DNA of 64,000 bases from Octopus vulgaris. Taxonomy: Eukaryota. The notes under the pieces are model-generated. The model did not search any database and had not been told where the DNA came from. It saw only the letters and a list, made by a program, of their open reading frames with translations. Location of the stretch: assembly GCA_951406725.2 (NCBI GenBank), contig OX597825.1:55676001-55740000 (forward strand), in the 5' to 3' direction. The translations under genes and the position numbers were made by a program. Shown piece after piece: positions 25,620 through 40,707 of this stretch (positions are counted from its first letter, which is position 1; each line of letters opens with the position of its first letter).

Positions 25620-26320
25620 CACAAACGTAGTCTTTAACGATTATGTGTCAAACATCCAACACAAACGTTCTACGTGCACTTTTTGAGAAATTCTCTTATC
25701 TGTTTAGACATGATGTCCACACTGTGTCGATATATTGGAAGATGGTAAACGAATAGAATATTTCCTATTCTTTGTACCAACTAATCTTAAAGAGGACCAA
25801 AGAAGAATTGGAAGAAGAGCAGGAAGAAAACGCAAAAGAAAATAGACGTAGATATAGAGGAAGATGGACAAGAACAAAAGCTATAACGCAAAGCATTGCA
25901 ACAACAATATTGAAACCGTAAATAACAACAACAATAATAAAAGAGAGCCAATAAAAACAGCAAGACTAATATGATAAAGAAAACTATAATATTAAAAATA
26001 ACAAGAAGGAAACAATAACTATGAGATTATATATAAAACATAGATTACAAAAATAAAAAGTAAAACGAAAAATATAATTTGAAAAATAAATAAAATAGAA
26101 GAGAATGAAATATAAAAAGCACACTATGAAAATGTGTAGAAAATCACCTATGATATATAAACATCTTTTCATGTAAGGCAGCGACTTCTAATTCAATTAA
26201 AAACTTTAAAGAACTGAATTATATGTCTGTCTGATTATTGTAGAACCAACTGGTGAAGCGATAAAATGGTAAATTCTTCTAGGCAGCGAAAAATAATGAT
26301 AGCAAAAATAATAATAAAAA

Positions 26321-26411
<91 letters not shown>

Positions 26412-26551
26412 CAACAAACATCTCAGGCAAACCAGATTTTTCTGTCATATATTTTCAGAATAACGACCGTGAACAATGGAATAAGAACAATGATAGTGAA
26501 AGCAGAAAGGAGAGAGAAGAAGAGGGTGTGATTGTGTGTGAGAGAGAACGA

Positions 26552-26589
<38 letters not shown>

Positions 26590-26917
26590 AAAGATAAAGA
26601 GAAAGAGAGAGGGAGAGTGGGTGAAAAGACGGATAGAAAAAGGTTGAAAATAAATGCTTTAAAGTTGTATATACACACATATGTTCATACAAATATATTT
26701 TTATATATGTATGATGTATGTGTAGGTATGTTTATGTCTATACAAAGAGATGTTTCAATGCTGATTTTGATAGTTTTTTTCATATCTTCTGTGGCCTTCT
26801 ATGATTAAAATTTTTTTAATCAAGTTCATGCTAAATTACCATTAATATACATACACACATACATACTTACACACATAGATACATACATGCAGGCATATAT
26901 ATAATAATACAAAATTA

Positions 26918-26994
<77 letters not shown>

Positions 26995-27841
26995 TTATAA
27001 ATACATATACGTATACATACACATATACATAAGTAAATATACATACTCACACATACATATATGTATGCATAGCGATCCAAAACTATGAGCACTGAAAAAC
27101 TATGGTCGAATCGTTAGATATTCATCCATAAAAGATGCTTTTAAAATAAAAAGTAAATCCAACCGATTAAACAAACACCTTTCAATAACAGACATTTAAT
27201 CACGTTGAGAGACCAATCTACAGAGCATAGAGCAATACAGGAACAAATACTTCCCCACTGATACAACAAGTACAACATTCAGTAAAAATACATAAACCAC
27301 ACACATACTATATATTAATGGGCTGAGGCTAATATGTGACGCTGTCAGAAGATTAGTTGAAGGGAGAGGCAAAAAGAGAGAGAAGAGTGTTAGCGGTGAG
27401 AGCTAGGAGAAACGGTTTGCTATAATGTTATACGGATAGATTGTTGAATGAAGGGGTAGAGAGAAAGAGAGAAATAAAACATGTTTAGCGCAGAGTGGAT
27501 GCGGCATAGTCAAAAGGAGAGGCAAAGAGGGAGAGCGAGTGAGTGAATAAGAGAGGGAGAGAAAGAGAAAGAGAGAGAGAGAATGGATGTGTGTTTATTG
27601 AAATTGCAACTTCAAATTTACCTATGTGGACTTTTGTACCACACCAAGATTATAATGTTTCAGAAATATACCTCTCCAACATACAATTTTCAAAATTCCA
27701 CGCTTGCTGTTAATACTATATCAATTTTCAATACCTTGTCGTTGGGCTGCTGTTGTAAATGATCGCTTTCCTATCGAGAAACCACGTATCTATGAAATGT
27801 CTGTTCCCTCTTTAACATTATCACAGTTATTTTATAAACAC

Positions 27842-27922
<81 letters not shown>

Positions 27923-28778
27923 CATTTATTCATCTATCTATCTCTCTATTTGTGTGTGTGTGTAAGTATTATGTGAGTGTGTGTGTAATAACCCATATTA
28001 ATGTCCGTTGGTTATTTCTCCATTCATTGATTACATTATATATAGTGAGGTCGAAATTGAATAAAAGAGAGATGCAGAGAGACTTGAAGTAGTAAGTGCT
28101 GGACCTGTACATATAGAAGGCTTGGTGGCAGGCAATGATAACTTTGTGGCTCATTTTAAATAAATCTTTGCAGAGATGGTCTTCGATTGAGCAAATTGCT
28201 ATTATGTTGACAAAATTTAGAAAAATAATAAAATATTTATTGCAAATATACAAACAAGAAATTTGTTCAATTGTATTTTAAGGGAAAATATGTTTCATTT
28301 GAAAATTAGTTTTCATTCCATCCTCATGTGCAAGCACCAAAAAGTTTAATGATAGTTAAATTTTAATTATTGCTTGTATGTCACCTTATCAGATGTTACC
28401 CATGGTGGAAAAATATACCTCCCATGTTACCCGTCATAGATTTTACTCATATAGTGTGACTGGAGTTCAGTTTTCACCAACTTTCAGCTTACCTCTATAG
28501 TTTATAGGGTTATTAAAAATCATAACACGGCCAGTATATCTTGAAACTATTAAAAGCTTCATAATTGCCATCGTATCATCTGCTGTTGAAGGCGACAAGT
28601 ATGTGTATAATTTTGCATACCTATCTCTTCAAGAAGCAGGTATTCGTGTCAAATATAATGCGATTTAAAATACGTGTTTATTTCAATGTATGTACCTTTA
28701 TTTTCTACGTGTCATTTCGTTCAAGTTGTTTTATACCAACACACACACGCAGACAAATACTGGCACACACAGACGCAC

Positions 28779-28821
<43 letters not shown>

Positions 28822-29152
28822 TGCGTACATACATTCACTAATATATGCATACACACATACACACACATATATATATGGCTGTGTATATACGTACTCATCT
28901 ATCTACTTATACATATATATATATACATGTGTGTATATGTCTATGTATGTATGTGTGTGTGTATGTACATATGTATGTGTGTATGTATGCATGTATGTAT
29001 GTATGCATATAATAAGGTAAAAAAGCAAAGAAATTGTTTCATAGAAAGTCTCGCGAGCGAAAATTGGACGCAATAATGTAAATATACCAATGATAAACAT
29101 AGCATAAACAAATATTATTATTGTTAATTATTATTATTATTATCATTATCGT

Positions 29153-29227
<75 letters not shown>

Positions 29228-29431
29228 CACTACTATATTATTAGAGAGGCGATTAGGTTGTTTGGATAATAAATTAAGTGCAGTTAACCAAGTGAACATG
29301 GAGAAGATGGTGGCGGTGGTGGCGGTGATGGTAATGGGCGTGATGGTGGGGATGATGGTGGTTCTGTTAGCCTTTGTGATAATGATAACGGTAGTAGTGT
29401 TCGTGTTGGAGATGACGGCGGTTGCTGTATA

Positions 29432-29467
<36 letters not shown>

Positions 29468-29754
29468 TGTGTGTGTGTGTGTGTGTGCACACTCGGTGGA
29501 AGCAAAGTATCCATGTGAAATAATAAGCTTGGAAGAAGAAAAGATAGGAAAGAATAAGAAAAGCAGCTCTACAGCACCAAATACAATATTTACATTAGCA
29601 TTCTATAGAACCTGAAGAATTTGGTTTGTTTTGGTGATTTGTCTTGTCAGGCGAATAAAACGTAAGCCATTTCCAAACTTACTCGTCCTTTGTGCATACG
29701 AAACAAAAATCACATATTTTTTTCCTTTGGAATATTCCGTATGCTATTATTATT

Positions 29755-30200
29755 AAGTGGGAGAGCAACGCATGCTATCAAAGGGAAGCTGGGGTACAAA
29801 TATATGAATCCCAGTATATATCTATTATGCCCACTCGTCTGATAATGGTACACTAGACACATGCATCACAACCATATGTGCACTTTTATCAAGATACACA
29901 GCGCATGATCTTTCAAGTGCGGCTGTTAGAATTTTCTTCAGGTTCAGTAGCCGAATCATCTCAAAAGGGCCTTAATAAGGATTGTTTAAGGGTGATGAAC
30001 CAAACACCTATGTTTCCAAAGGTGAATTATTCAAACCCCAATGAATTTCTCTCAACACATGGTTATGATGCTTCCAAACCGCTTCTGCTAGTAAGCGGAG
30101 GTGTACATAGTGTCAACCACTAAGGGACATGCTCAATTGGTTAAGGTCAAGCAAGTGACAAGAAAATCTATGGTACTGAGCAGAACATTTGCTGTAGCCC
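29755..30200 (-). mobile_element. Family-D element, older copy
   Basis: Reverse complement of 10950-11341 and 31630-31987. A short (TAT)n tail lies at 29744-29754. Confidence 0.8.
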
Positions 30201-30217
30201 GCTATTTCCTCTTTTCG

Positions 30218-30400
30218 ACTCTCTATTACTTTCCTGAAGATTCTGGCCGTACCAAAAAGGTAAACTTTTCGCTACATCTCCACTGGGCACTTTTTTCTCA
30301 TTTCCTTCATATTTCTCTTGATGCCTTCTGGCACTGTCCCCAAGGATGTAACAATAATTGATACTATCTTCTCCTTCATTTTCCACATTCTAGTTATCTC
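30218..30400 (-). mobile_element. RLE-type LINE C-terminal coding remnant directly upstream of family-D
   Basis: EITRMWKMKEKIVSIIVTSLGTVPEGIKRNMKEMRKKCPVEM*RKVYLFGTARIFRKVIES, matching the EI.RMW..K..IVP...GALG..P and GTARILRKV pattern. Confidence 0.8.
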
Positions 30401-30407
30401 TCATTTG

Positions 30408-30449
<42 letters not shown>

Positions 30450-31169
30450 CCACCACCACCACCACCAACACCACCAATACCACCAACAACATTATTATTT
30501 TCATCTTTATTCATAGTTTGATAAATATATTAAGACTTTTCCTCCCCCGTAAAATAATAATACGGCACATCTTGGAAGGCATTCGTAGAAGTACTCTTAG
30601 TTAACAAACACTATATAAAAATAGCCCCAACAATACTTGCAGATCTTTCTGTAGCTATTTTCTAGAACGTGCTTATGCCAATCTTCAGAGATAACCTTTA
30701 GAGTCTGTCTAATTTTCCCACTTACACTAATTACAAGATGATAATAGACACATATATGCCACAATATTTTTAATTCTTAATTAACAATGTTTAAAAGACC
30801 GCAGTAATGCTACGCCGAGGAGGGCATTTGTCTTAGTCTCATAAATTATTTGACATCTTCACAATTTTGGCTACGTATTATTCCAGCTGTACCAATTATA
30901 AACACGGTTACAGACACATTCCTTAACCACCGTGATGCTTTTAATTCAACAGCCCAATCTGTGTAATTCGTTAGATATTCAGTTCGCTTCTGAACAACAT
31001 ATAGTTATTTGGTATTCGGTATGTCTATTATTAATACACTAAATGTTGTTTTCCGTCAAGGAAACACGATATTTATTATTATTATTATCATCGTCATCAT
31101 CTTCATCATTATTATTATTGTTGTTGTTGTTGTTGTTACTATTATATAAGAAATGCTAATAATAATAAT

Positions 31170-31388
31170 TGTTCCCAATTTTGGCACAACGCCAGTAATT
31201 TTGAGGGTAGCGGGAAGTCGATTACATCAATCCCATTGCTCAACTAGTACTTAATTTGGCGACCCCGAAAGGATGAATAACAAATTTGACATCGGCGTCA
31301 TTTGAACTCAGGATGTAAAAAACCGAAAAGAAATGCTGCTGTGCTTTTTCTTCGACGCCGCAGCAATTCTTCCAGCCCACCACCTTAA
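31170..31388 (-). mobile_element. Family-A SINE
   Basis: TTTTGGCACAA..GACCCCGAAAGGATGAA..TTTGAACTCAG. Confidence 0.8.
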
Positions 31389-31456
31389 TAATAATAATAA
31401 TAATAATAATGATGATGATCACAACAACAACAACAACAGTAATAATAATAATAGTG

Positions 31457-31534
<78 letters not shown>

Positions 31535-31537
<3 letters not shown>

Positions 31538-31987
31538 GCCCTGATGCAGTACCAGACAGTGGCTCACGTGGTTTCTGATCTTAATTGATTGGAAGTGTTA
31601 TCATGTACATTGTTTTGTCTTAGTATAAAAGATGGGCTACAGGAAATATTCTGCTCAATACCACAGATTTGTTTGTCAGTTGTTTGGCCTTAACCAGTTG
31701 AGCATGTCCCTTGGTGGCTGACGATATGTGCATCTCTGATCACGAGCAGAAGTAGTGGGGGAGCATCATAGCCGTGTGTTGAAAGGAATTCTTGGAGGTT
31801 TGGATAATTCACCTCAGGAAATATGGGTGGTTCGTTCAACATCCTTAAGCAATCCTTATTCAGATGGGCTACTCGACCAGAAGAAAATTCTAACTGGGCC
31901 CCACCTGCTTCATCATGTGCTGTTTATCTTGATATGTGATCACCATGTCGCGCACATGGTTGTGATGCATGTCCTAGTGTACCCTTA
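31535..31987 (+). mobile_element. Family-D element, starting directly after (AAT)n; 3' end cut off by a SINE
   Basis: TGAGCATGTCCCTT..GATCACGAGCAGAAGTAGT..GTGTACCCTTA is shared with 10950-11260. Confidence 0.85.
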
Positions 31988-31989
31988 CA

Positions 31990-32570
31990 TAGCTGGTACT
32001 TATTTAATCGATTCCGAAAGGATGAAAGGCAAAGTCGACCTCAGTGAGATTTGAACTAAGAACGTAGAGACAGACGTCTAAGCATTTCGTCTGGCGCACT
32101 AATGATTTTGCCAGCTCACCGCCTTAATAATAATACTACTAACAATAAGGGTTGTAGATTGGCAGACTCGATAGATCGGCGTGCATTATACTTTGCGGTT
32201 TTTTGTTCCGGCTTTTTTGTCTTATCCTCAAATCCCTCTGAGTTGAGGTTAACTTCGCCTTTTATCTCTCCGTAATTGATAGAAAATAAAGTACCAGTGA
32301 ATTACTGAGGTCTATGTAATCCTCATCCTCCTAAAATTACTGGCTTTGCGCCAAAATATGTAATAATTACATAATTCGGTGAGCGGAATCGTTAGCGTAC
32401 CGGACAAAATGCAGCTTAGCTCTTTACATTCTGAGTTCAAATAACGCTGAAGTCTACTTTGCCTTTCATTCGTCCGAGGTTGATATCATGAATCCCAGTG
32501 AAGAACTAGGGTTGATAGTAGCGACTTACTTCTTTCCTCCGAAAATTGCTGAACTTGTGCCAATATTTGA
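31990..32570. mobile_element. Three family-A SINEs (31990-32125 minus; about 32148-32360 and 32378-32570 plus)
   Basis: Family-A B-box and GCCTTTCATCC/AAGTACCAG motifs in each. Confidence 0.8.
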
Positions 32571-32603
32571 ATATGATCATCATTATTATTTTTCTCTTTT
32601 TAT

Positions 32604-33116
<513 letters not shown>

Positions 33117-34663
33117 TGTTATCATTATTACTTTTATTATTAGTGGGTATATCTTTATTGGAGTTATTCAAAGTGTGCTACTGGTATTGTGCCAACTCCA
33201 GAGAATTTCATCATTTCTATGAGTATTTGAGTAACTGGCCAAATTATTTGAGTGTTGAACAATAAGTCGAGTCGTATGGTTAGCTGTTTCTAAGCCATTA
33301 CGGGAAATGCATCGTGGTCAAGATACCTGCTTCCGAAATGTTACACGTCCTACTTACGTAAGCAGCGGCAGCACTGTGATAACAGTGAGTGTCTAATTTT
33401 GCTTATAGGAACTGAATACAAGCCCTCTTTTCGTTGTGACCATAGAAGTGGCAAGGCCTTAATAGCTTTTCCCAAATTTCAAACTGATTAATAATTCATT
33501 GAAGAATATGGCTGAGGGAGATGTATTACGTAATAACTAACCCTCTGAATGAGAGGCTGATCTACCAAAGAAAGAAAGGAAGAGTCTTGTTTATTAATTG
33601 TGCCAATGGTCTGTCTATGTCTGCATATGTGTAAATATATGTATATACGTGTGTGAGTGTGTGTTTATTTGTGTGCGTATTTATGCGCGTGTTAGAGTTG
33701 AAAATATCACACTGTAAAATCCTCGGAAATAGACCAAAATTAACGTATTTTAAATAGCAAGCTGAACTATGAAAATGATTCCATTAAAAAAAAAAGATGA
33801 TTGTCTCTCTTTCACTGTTGGTGAATGTAGCCTTGGTCAGGAGTAAATGATGACGTCAGACATTATTTAACGATCATTGGGCAAACTATAAAACCTTCTC
33901 GTTGTCAGGTCGGCAATGGTGGCTAAATTACTGCTCATTTACATTTCCTGGCTTTCATCATAGCTCCTTTCTCTTACGCTATTACAAGCAAAAGGCCTAT
34001 GTTGTTTCTGTTGCTTCCCATAATTCTTAGTAGAATCGGCGAGACTATTATATCTGATTATCTGATTCCTTGGCAATAAGTGATAGCAAATACAGCATTT
34101 CGTGGTATATATATAAAAAAAAACAAAAAAAAGCAAACAGAAATCGCAGTTTTTTTGGTTTTAGTGGAAATTTGTTATATTTTCATAGAATCCACATTTC
34201 TATCAAAATACTATCATCTCACAAGGTTTTGAGTTCAACTCCAAAGCGAACGTTACGGTGAGTTGTGTATTTTAACCAAACACTGATTCCAAATTCTGAT
34301 TTCTGTTTTGTCTCAATCAATTTTGCTGTCTAGATCATCTGACAAATAGAGATGTTACCTATACTAACCAAACCGGCGCCATATCAAGTGAAAGTATAGC
34401 GGGAAGGTTTATCTCTTATTTACTAAACGCCATAAAAACACAGGAGGTAAAAATCGACCACATAAAAGGTCTACGGATCTTTACAAGTTGTTTACATTTT
34501 TCTTATATTTCATTGGTTAAATATTGGCTTACACAGCATTCATATCGCTAGTATTATTGTAGCGATTTTCATTCGTTTTCGTTTTCTTAAACATACGTAT
34601 ATACATACATAATACATGCGTACATATGTTCATATGCATACACACGCATATTAATGTGTGTGC

Positions 34664-34700
<37 letters not shown>

Positions 34701-34816
34701 AATGTATGTTTATATGCGTATATATATGTATGTATCTATATCTATATGTATATATAAATATATATATATGTATATATATATATACATATATATATATATG
34801 TATGTATGTATATGTA

Positions 34817-34863
<47 letters not shown>

Positions 34864-35062
34864 GTTCATATTTGTATATGTATATGTATATGTGTATGTA
34901 TTTACGTATGTATCTCTGTGTTTGTGTATATATTTTCATACCACCGTATAGCAGAGTGTAGAGTTTCGAAACAGATATTAGATTCCATACTGTTTATACA
35001 AATATTTCTTAATCCCTGACATACAAAAACCCTTCAATCACATTGTTATTTTATACAAAAGA

Positions 35063-35115
35063 ATCAACTTGTCGGCTGCAACGCACAGAGTACATATTGC
35101 AGCCGACAACTTGAT
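35063..35115. ncRNA. Pre-miRNA-like hairpin (candidate only)
   Basis: ATCAA-c-TTGTCGGCTGCAA / 15-nt loop / TTGCAGCCGACAA-c-TTGAT: 18 of 19 pairs, in unique sequence. Confidence 0.3.
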
Positions 35116-35789
35116 ATAATCTGAATAATTGTACAAACTAATACGTTTAGATGGAGTTTGTACAAAACAAAAAAAAACACAATGGAAACATAAGATAAAC
35201 ATCACATAGCATGTAAGATAAATATTTCTGCCACAATGGAACACTTCTCAATGAAACCAATTCAAGAAATTTTATTTACAGAAAGTCTGTTAGTCTCTTA
35301 CAATATATATACACATTACATAGTTTCTACAGACTATGTCCGGTATCTAGCCGTAATGTTGCCGAATTATTGGAATCAATTAATGGAATATTATATTCGC
35401 AAACTGTAAACTAATGCTCTTTAAAACTGTTCTCTGCAGTCGGATGAAGGAAGGAAGGAAGAAGAGAAGGGAGGAAGGAAGAAAATAGCATTCTTAAAAT
35501 AGGAATAAACACACATACACACACACACTCACTAACACAAACACACACATACAGACAAACGAGTTGTACATATATATAACAGTATATATGTAACAGAAGA
35601 GAAATACAAAGTGGAGAAAACACGAAATATTTCTGCATGCTGTGTGACCTTCAGACTGTCAGGAAATTGTACAATAGCTGTGTTGCCTTTAACCAATATC
35701 GTAAGCGAAGTAGGCAAGCAACAGTTATATATACAATAATCTTTGTGAGTATGTGTATGTGCGTCTGTACACAGACACCCAGACACACA

Positions 35790-35858
<69 letters not shown>

Positions 35859-36251
35859 TACACAAAAACATTTGTGTGTGTATGTACATATATATATATA
35901 TACATATCTAACATGTAAGATATATATGTAAATATATATATATATGTATATATGTATATATATATAAATATCTATATATATTTATATAAATATCTATATC
36001 TATCTATCTATATATATATATATTTACACACACATATACACATACATATATACATAGACATACAGACATATATGAACACACCTGTGTATAAAGAAGGAAA
36101 ATATTTGATTTTAAAAGCAAAGTCAAATGACATGTGTATGTATGTACGTATGTATGTATATATAGGCATGCATATATATATATCTATTCCTATTTTAAGA
36201 ATCCTATACATAGATATGGGCGTAGGCGTATATGTATAAAGTCTATCAACA

Positions 36252-36314
<63 letters not shown>

Positions 36315-37309
36315 GTCTATGTCTAAACTCTTAGTTTACCATTTGAACACTTTAATATTTCCGTTCCGTACGGAAAAAAAGACATACAACACGCATCCTT
36401 TATCGCTTTCTCTGTCACCTGCACCACACTTCCTCTGTCTACATGTGTCTGCGTACATGTGCGCGCGCGCGCGTGTGTGTGTGTGCGTGCGTGTGTGTGT
36501 TTGTGTGTTACTGTATATGTGCGTTATTCTAACTGAGATTTATGAAATATCGTAATATCTATCCATTCCCTACAACTCCCAGTTGCCTTAACCAAGATCA
36601 AAAATGTGTCATATCTCTTATTCTATCATTCTCCTCCCACACTCCCACCACCACCACCTAATAAAACTCCTCTTGTAGTCACAACATTCTTTTTCCTCAT
36701 CAGTATGTGGACCACGGTTTTAGAAAGTCGTCCGCCATGTTTCTTCTCTCACGACTTAGTTTTCTAGATGACGATTAGTCTCAGTAGAAACTAATTTTCG
36801 TATTCTTATCATTAACACAGTTAACCCCTTCCAATGACATCACGTGGGGATATAAATCTTTCAATATAAAGCATAGATGTATTTGTAGTGAGGATGGATA
36901 TTTTTATGCAAATTCCAAGTGTCTTAAGACATATGTCAACTAGAGATGCATGCAAGATCAAAGTAGTAGCTTCACCCTAATCGGATAGGCTTATGGCAAA
37001 AGACGCTTCTGTCGTTATATTTTCCAAACGGTGTATCTGGTTGCACATTATCTAATATGTTCTACCTTAGTGGTGTGTGTGTGTGTGTGTGAGTGTGTGT
37101 GAAATGATAAGGGTTTCGCTGATATTTCTCGTAAATCGAGGTTACATGTGATGTACACGATCTCTTGGTGACTTGGTATATATCTGGTTTGGCTTAAAAG
37201 AAAATTCTTGATGCAGTGGCGGCGATGGCGGCGGCGATGGCGGCGGTGGTGGTGTTGGCGGTGGCGGTATCGGTGGTGGTGGCAAAAGTACATTGGCAGA
37301 ATAATTGTA

Positions 37310-37535
37310 CAAGTGTTCCTTAATGAAGTCTACGCTAGTGAACCCAGTATACTACAGTAAGTTGAATGTATTCTAGAGAGCAAAGTGTACTCCAGTGAAT
37401 AGTATGTACTCTATGGAACCCAGCACATTTCATGGAATTTAGTGTACTCCAGCGAAATGAATGTACTCTAGGGAACCCAATATACTTCAGGGAACCCAGT
37501 ATGCTTCAGTGAGTCCATTCTACATCATTGAATGC
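37310..37535. repeat. Degenerate 19-bp minisatellite (AGTGTACTCCAGTGAACCC-like), about 11-12 units
   Basis: Recurring GTACTC..GAACCC motifs at about 19-bp spacing. Confidence 0.75.
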
Positions 37536-37958
37536 AATGGAATACAATGATTCAACGCAAACCGTAAGCAAAAACAGAAATAAAGAATAAAAATAAGCAA
37601 GTAGGGTACAAGATTTCTACTAAGAAACAGATACTAAATAGCTAATAACTGTTTTTGTCTTCCGCCCACCTCCACCACTATCACTAGTACAACTAGTAGC
37701 ACCTCCACCAACACTAGTATCAACATCCCCGCCGCCTCCACTATCACTATCACCACTAATGACGAGTTACTTTGACTAATCACTGAAATCAACAGCATCT
37801 CCATCACAACCATTTACTAATACCAACATCCGCCCTCGCCTACACCCATCTCCTCCCACCCCAACTCTTTCCCCCTTTCCCACCCACGCTCTTCCCCCAC
37901 ACCACCCCCACAGGTTTTTCTGACATTCGAACATTTTGTATGATCCTATCATTTACAG

Positions 37959-38105
37959 CTCTCACGGAAATTTGCTGTAATGGAGATGCATTACTATGGA
38001 AGAAATTCAGAAATCGCTGTTATCCGAAATCAACTGACCCAGATGTTCAATGATGTGGTCACCATTAAAACCAATACATTGACCAACGTGATATCAGAGA
38101 TATGA
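37959..38105 (+). CDS. Candidate terminal coding exon (phase 0): LSRKFAVMEMHYYGRNSEIAVIRNQLTQMFNDVVTIKTNTLTNVISEI*
   Basis: TCCTATCATTTACAG acceptor, CTGAC branch-like site about 38 nt upstream, and 48 open codons of ordinary composition followed by unique sequence. No homology recognised. Confidence 0.3.
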   Translation, partial: LSRKFAVMEMHYYGRNSEIAVIRNQLTQMFNDVVTIKTNTLTNVISEI

Positions 38106-38789
38106 GAGGAGGAAAAAGAAGAAAAAAGAGAAAACGAAGAACAGGATCAATGACAAGCTTCTGTTAGAGACGGACGAACAAAGCAAGATGGCCGGCTGTA
38201 TTCAGTAACAATGCTTCATTGGTCAAAGTCATTTTCTATAAAAACTGTTCGGTGTACAGTGTTCAGTTAACAACGTTGAATATCTTAACGGCCACTTTGA
38301 TCGCTACGATTGGTCTGCTTAATATTTAATGAGCTAGAAGTCAATATTGTCTGACCAGAGGCATTAAAACTTCATTTAATCGCCCAACAAACATTTGGCC
38401 TCGCTTCTCATGCTTCACAAAGTCCATTAGTACACCTATATCGAGCTCTGTTAGAATAATTCGTTTTATTTTCAGAAAACAACCGAGGCTTCTGTCGATG
38501 CGCTTAACAAAAACCTCTTTCTCATTCACTAGTGTCTTAAATACTTCACATCTTCAATGTCCAAAGTTCCTAAGGATTCGAAATAAGGACCTTTAAGATG
38601 CAGCGTTAATTGTTAAATGGGATATTGCACAGTTTATTTTCAATACACAGGTAAATAATACACACATGCATACATACATGAATAAATACATACATACATA
38701 CATACATACATACATACATACATACATACATACATACATACATACATACATACATACATACATACGCATACATATGTATGTATATTTTC

Positions 38790-38985
38790 TCGCCCACTTG
38801 TTTCAGGTATTGAACTGTGGCCATTTTGAGCCACCGACTTAGTCGAACGATTTAACCCTCAGTGCATTTTTACTTTCTAAGTCTGGTAGTTATTCTATCG
38901 ACCTATTTTGCCGAACCGCTTAGTTACAGACGCATAAGCACAACAACGATTATCAAGCTGTGGTGATGGCACCAACAAACACACA
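38790..38985 (-). mobile_element. Family-B SINE 3' half
   Basis: CTTGTTTCAG..TGTGGCCAT..TTTTGCCGAACCGCT..TCAAGC. Confidence 0.75.
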
Positions 38986-39630
38986 CGTATACTAACACAC
39001 GCACACATATATATTGAGAGAGAGTGGGGGAAGAGAGACAGACACACAGACAGATCCGAGTGTAAGGTAAACTTATGATCTTGTTTCTCGCCGAAACACA
39101 TTTTTAGCTGCGATGTAAAAGGTTGATATTTCGACTGCTTATTTTCATAACGAAGCAAAAAGTTTTGTGCTTACACAAAATAGAAATTGTTAGTTTACAC
39201 TGCAACACATTATTTCTAAAAAAGCGAACGTTTTGGAAATGCAAGACGCAAATCATAAATAAAAGACACAAAACTTTATATTTGTATCAGGCGTTGAGTA
39301 CTAAATCTGTACTTCGATTGAACCAAATTTAAAGTCTTGCCAACAGAGGTAGAGCCGGTTTCTACCCTAGATCCAAGGCTCCATCATTTCAACATCAACA
39401 AGTATGTATATATACATGCATGTATGTATGTATGTATTGTATTGTATGTATGTTTGTATATATGTATGTATGTATATATATAAGCAAGCTTACATTTGTT
39501 TTTATTAGAAGGGTTCAAATACTAGATTAATTTTATATTTTATGGACCCCGAAAGGATCAAAAGTAAAGTCGGTGTACAGCCGGAAGAAATGCAGCTGAG
39601 GACTTTGTTCGGCGATATATATATATATAC

Positions 39631-39699
<69 letters not shown>

Positions 39700-39883
39700 C
39701 ATACACACACATATATATATATGTATCTATATGCGTGTTTATATATATATATGCATGTAGTGTATATGTGTATACATATGCATATATCGACACTCACACA
39801 TCTGTGTGTGTGTATATATGTATATATGTATAGATAAAATGTCTGTTCATGTATGCATATATGTCTGTATGTAAGTATGTATG

Positions 39884-39950
<67 letters not shown>

Positions 39951-40263
39951 CACACACACTGACATTCGCACACTACTATTGTGAAAGGTGGGGATATTTA
40001 TACATAAACACCAAGAGATACTTGCTTATCATCCCATAAATGCTATCGTTATCATCATTAAAGTCGATATCACATAAAAATGATATCGCCATCATCATCA
40101 TGATCGTCATCATCATCAACAGCAGCAGTAGCAGCAACATCATCATAATCCTTATGACCATCTTCGTAAACAAAGTCAATGTTTATAGACGTTATCACAT
40201 AAATGCCAGCCTTATCACCACACCTGCCAGTCGGTGTGTGTGAGTGTGTGATTGTGTATGTGT

Positions 40264-40307
<44 letters not shown>

Positions 40308-40569
40308 CAATCCTGAAATTGCTATTAAATTTAGACCGGCGGCAGTCGTGATGGCGGCATCGACTTTGGGACTGGTATTAGTGATCATGGTAGTTGTGGT
40401 GCTGACGGTGAAAGTGGTGGTGGTGGTGGTGGTGGTGGTAGTGGTGGTAGTGGTGGTGGTGGTGGTGGTGGTGGGTGGAGTTGGTGGTGGGAGTGTATTA
40501 TGTATTTGCTGTTGTTGTTGTTGGTGTTGCTATTGTTGTTTAACCCCAGGTCAAACGCAATAAAAAAAA

Positions 40570-40707
40570 GGGTTTCAGATTTCGGCACAAGGCCAGCAAT
40601 TTTGGTGGAAGAAATGTGTCGATTTGATCGATGCCAGTGTTCAACTGGTACTTATTTTATCGACCCCGAAAGGATGAAAGGCAAAGTTGCCCTCGGCGGA
40701 ATTTGAA
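40570..40707 (-). mobile_element. Family-A SINE, 5'-truncated
   Basis: CTGGTACTTATTTTATCGACCCCGAAAGGATGAAAGGCAAAG..CTCGGCGGAATTTGAAC. Confidence 0.85.

Noticed and set aside
33295-33357. Possible 63-nt exon ending at a strong GTAAGC donor
   Set aside because: The acceptor is weak (AAG, short pyrimidine tract), two frames are equally open, and the donor is part of the palindrome CTTACGTAAG.
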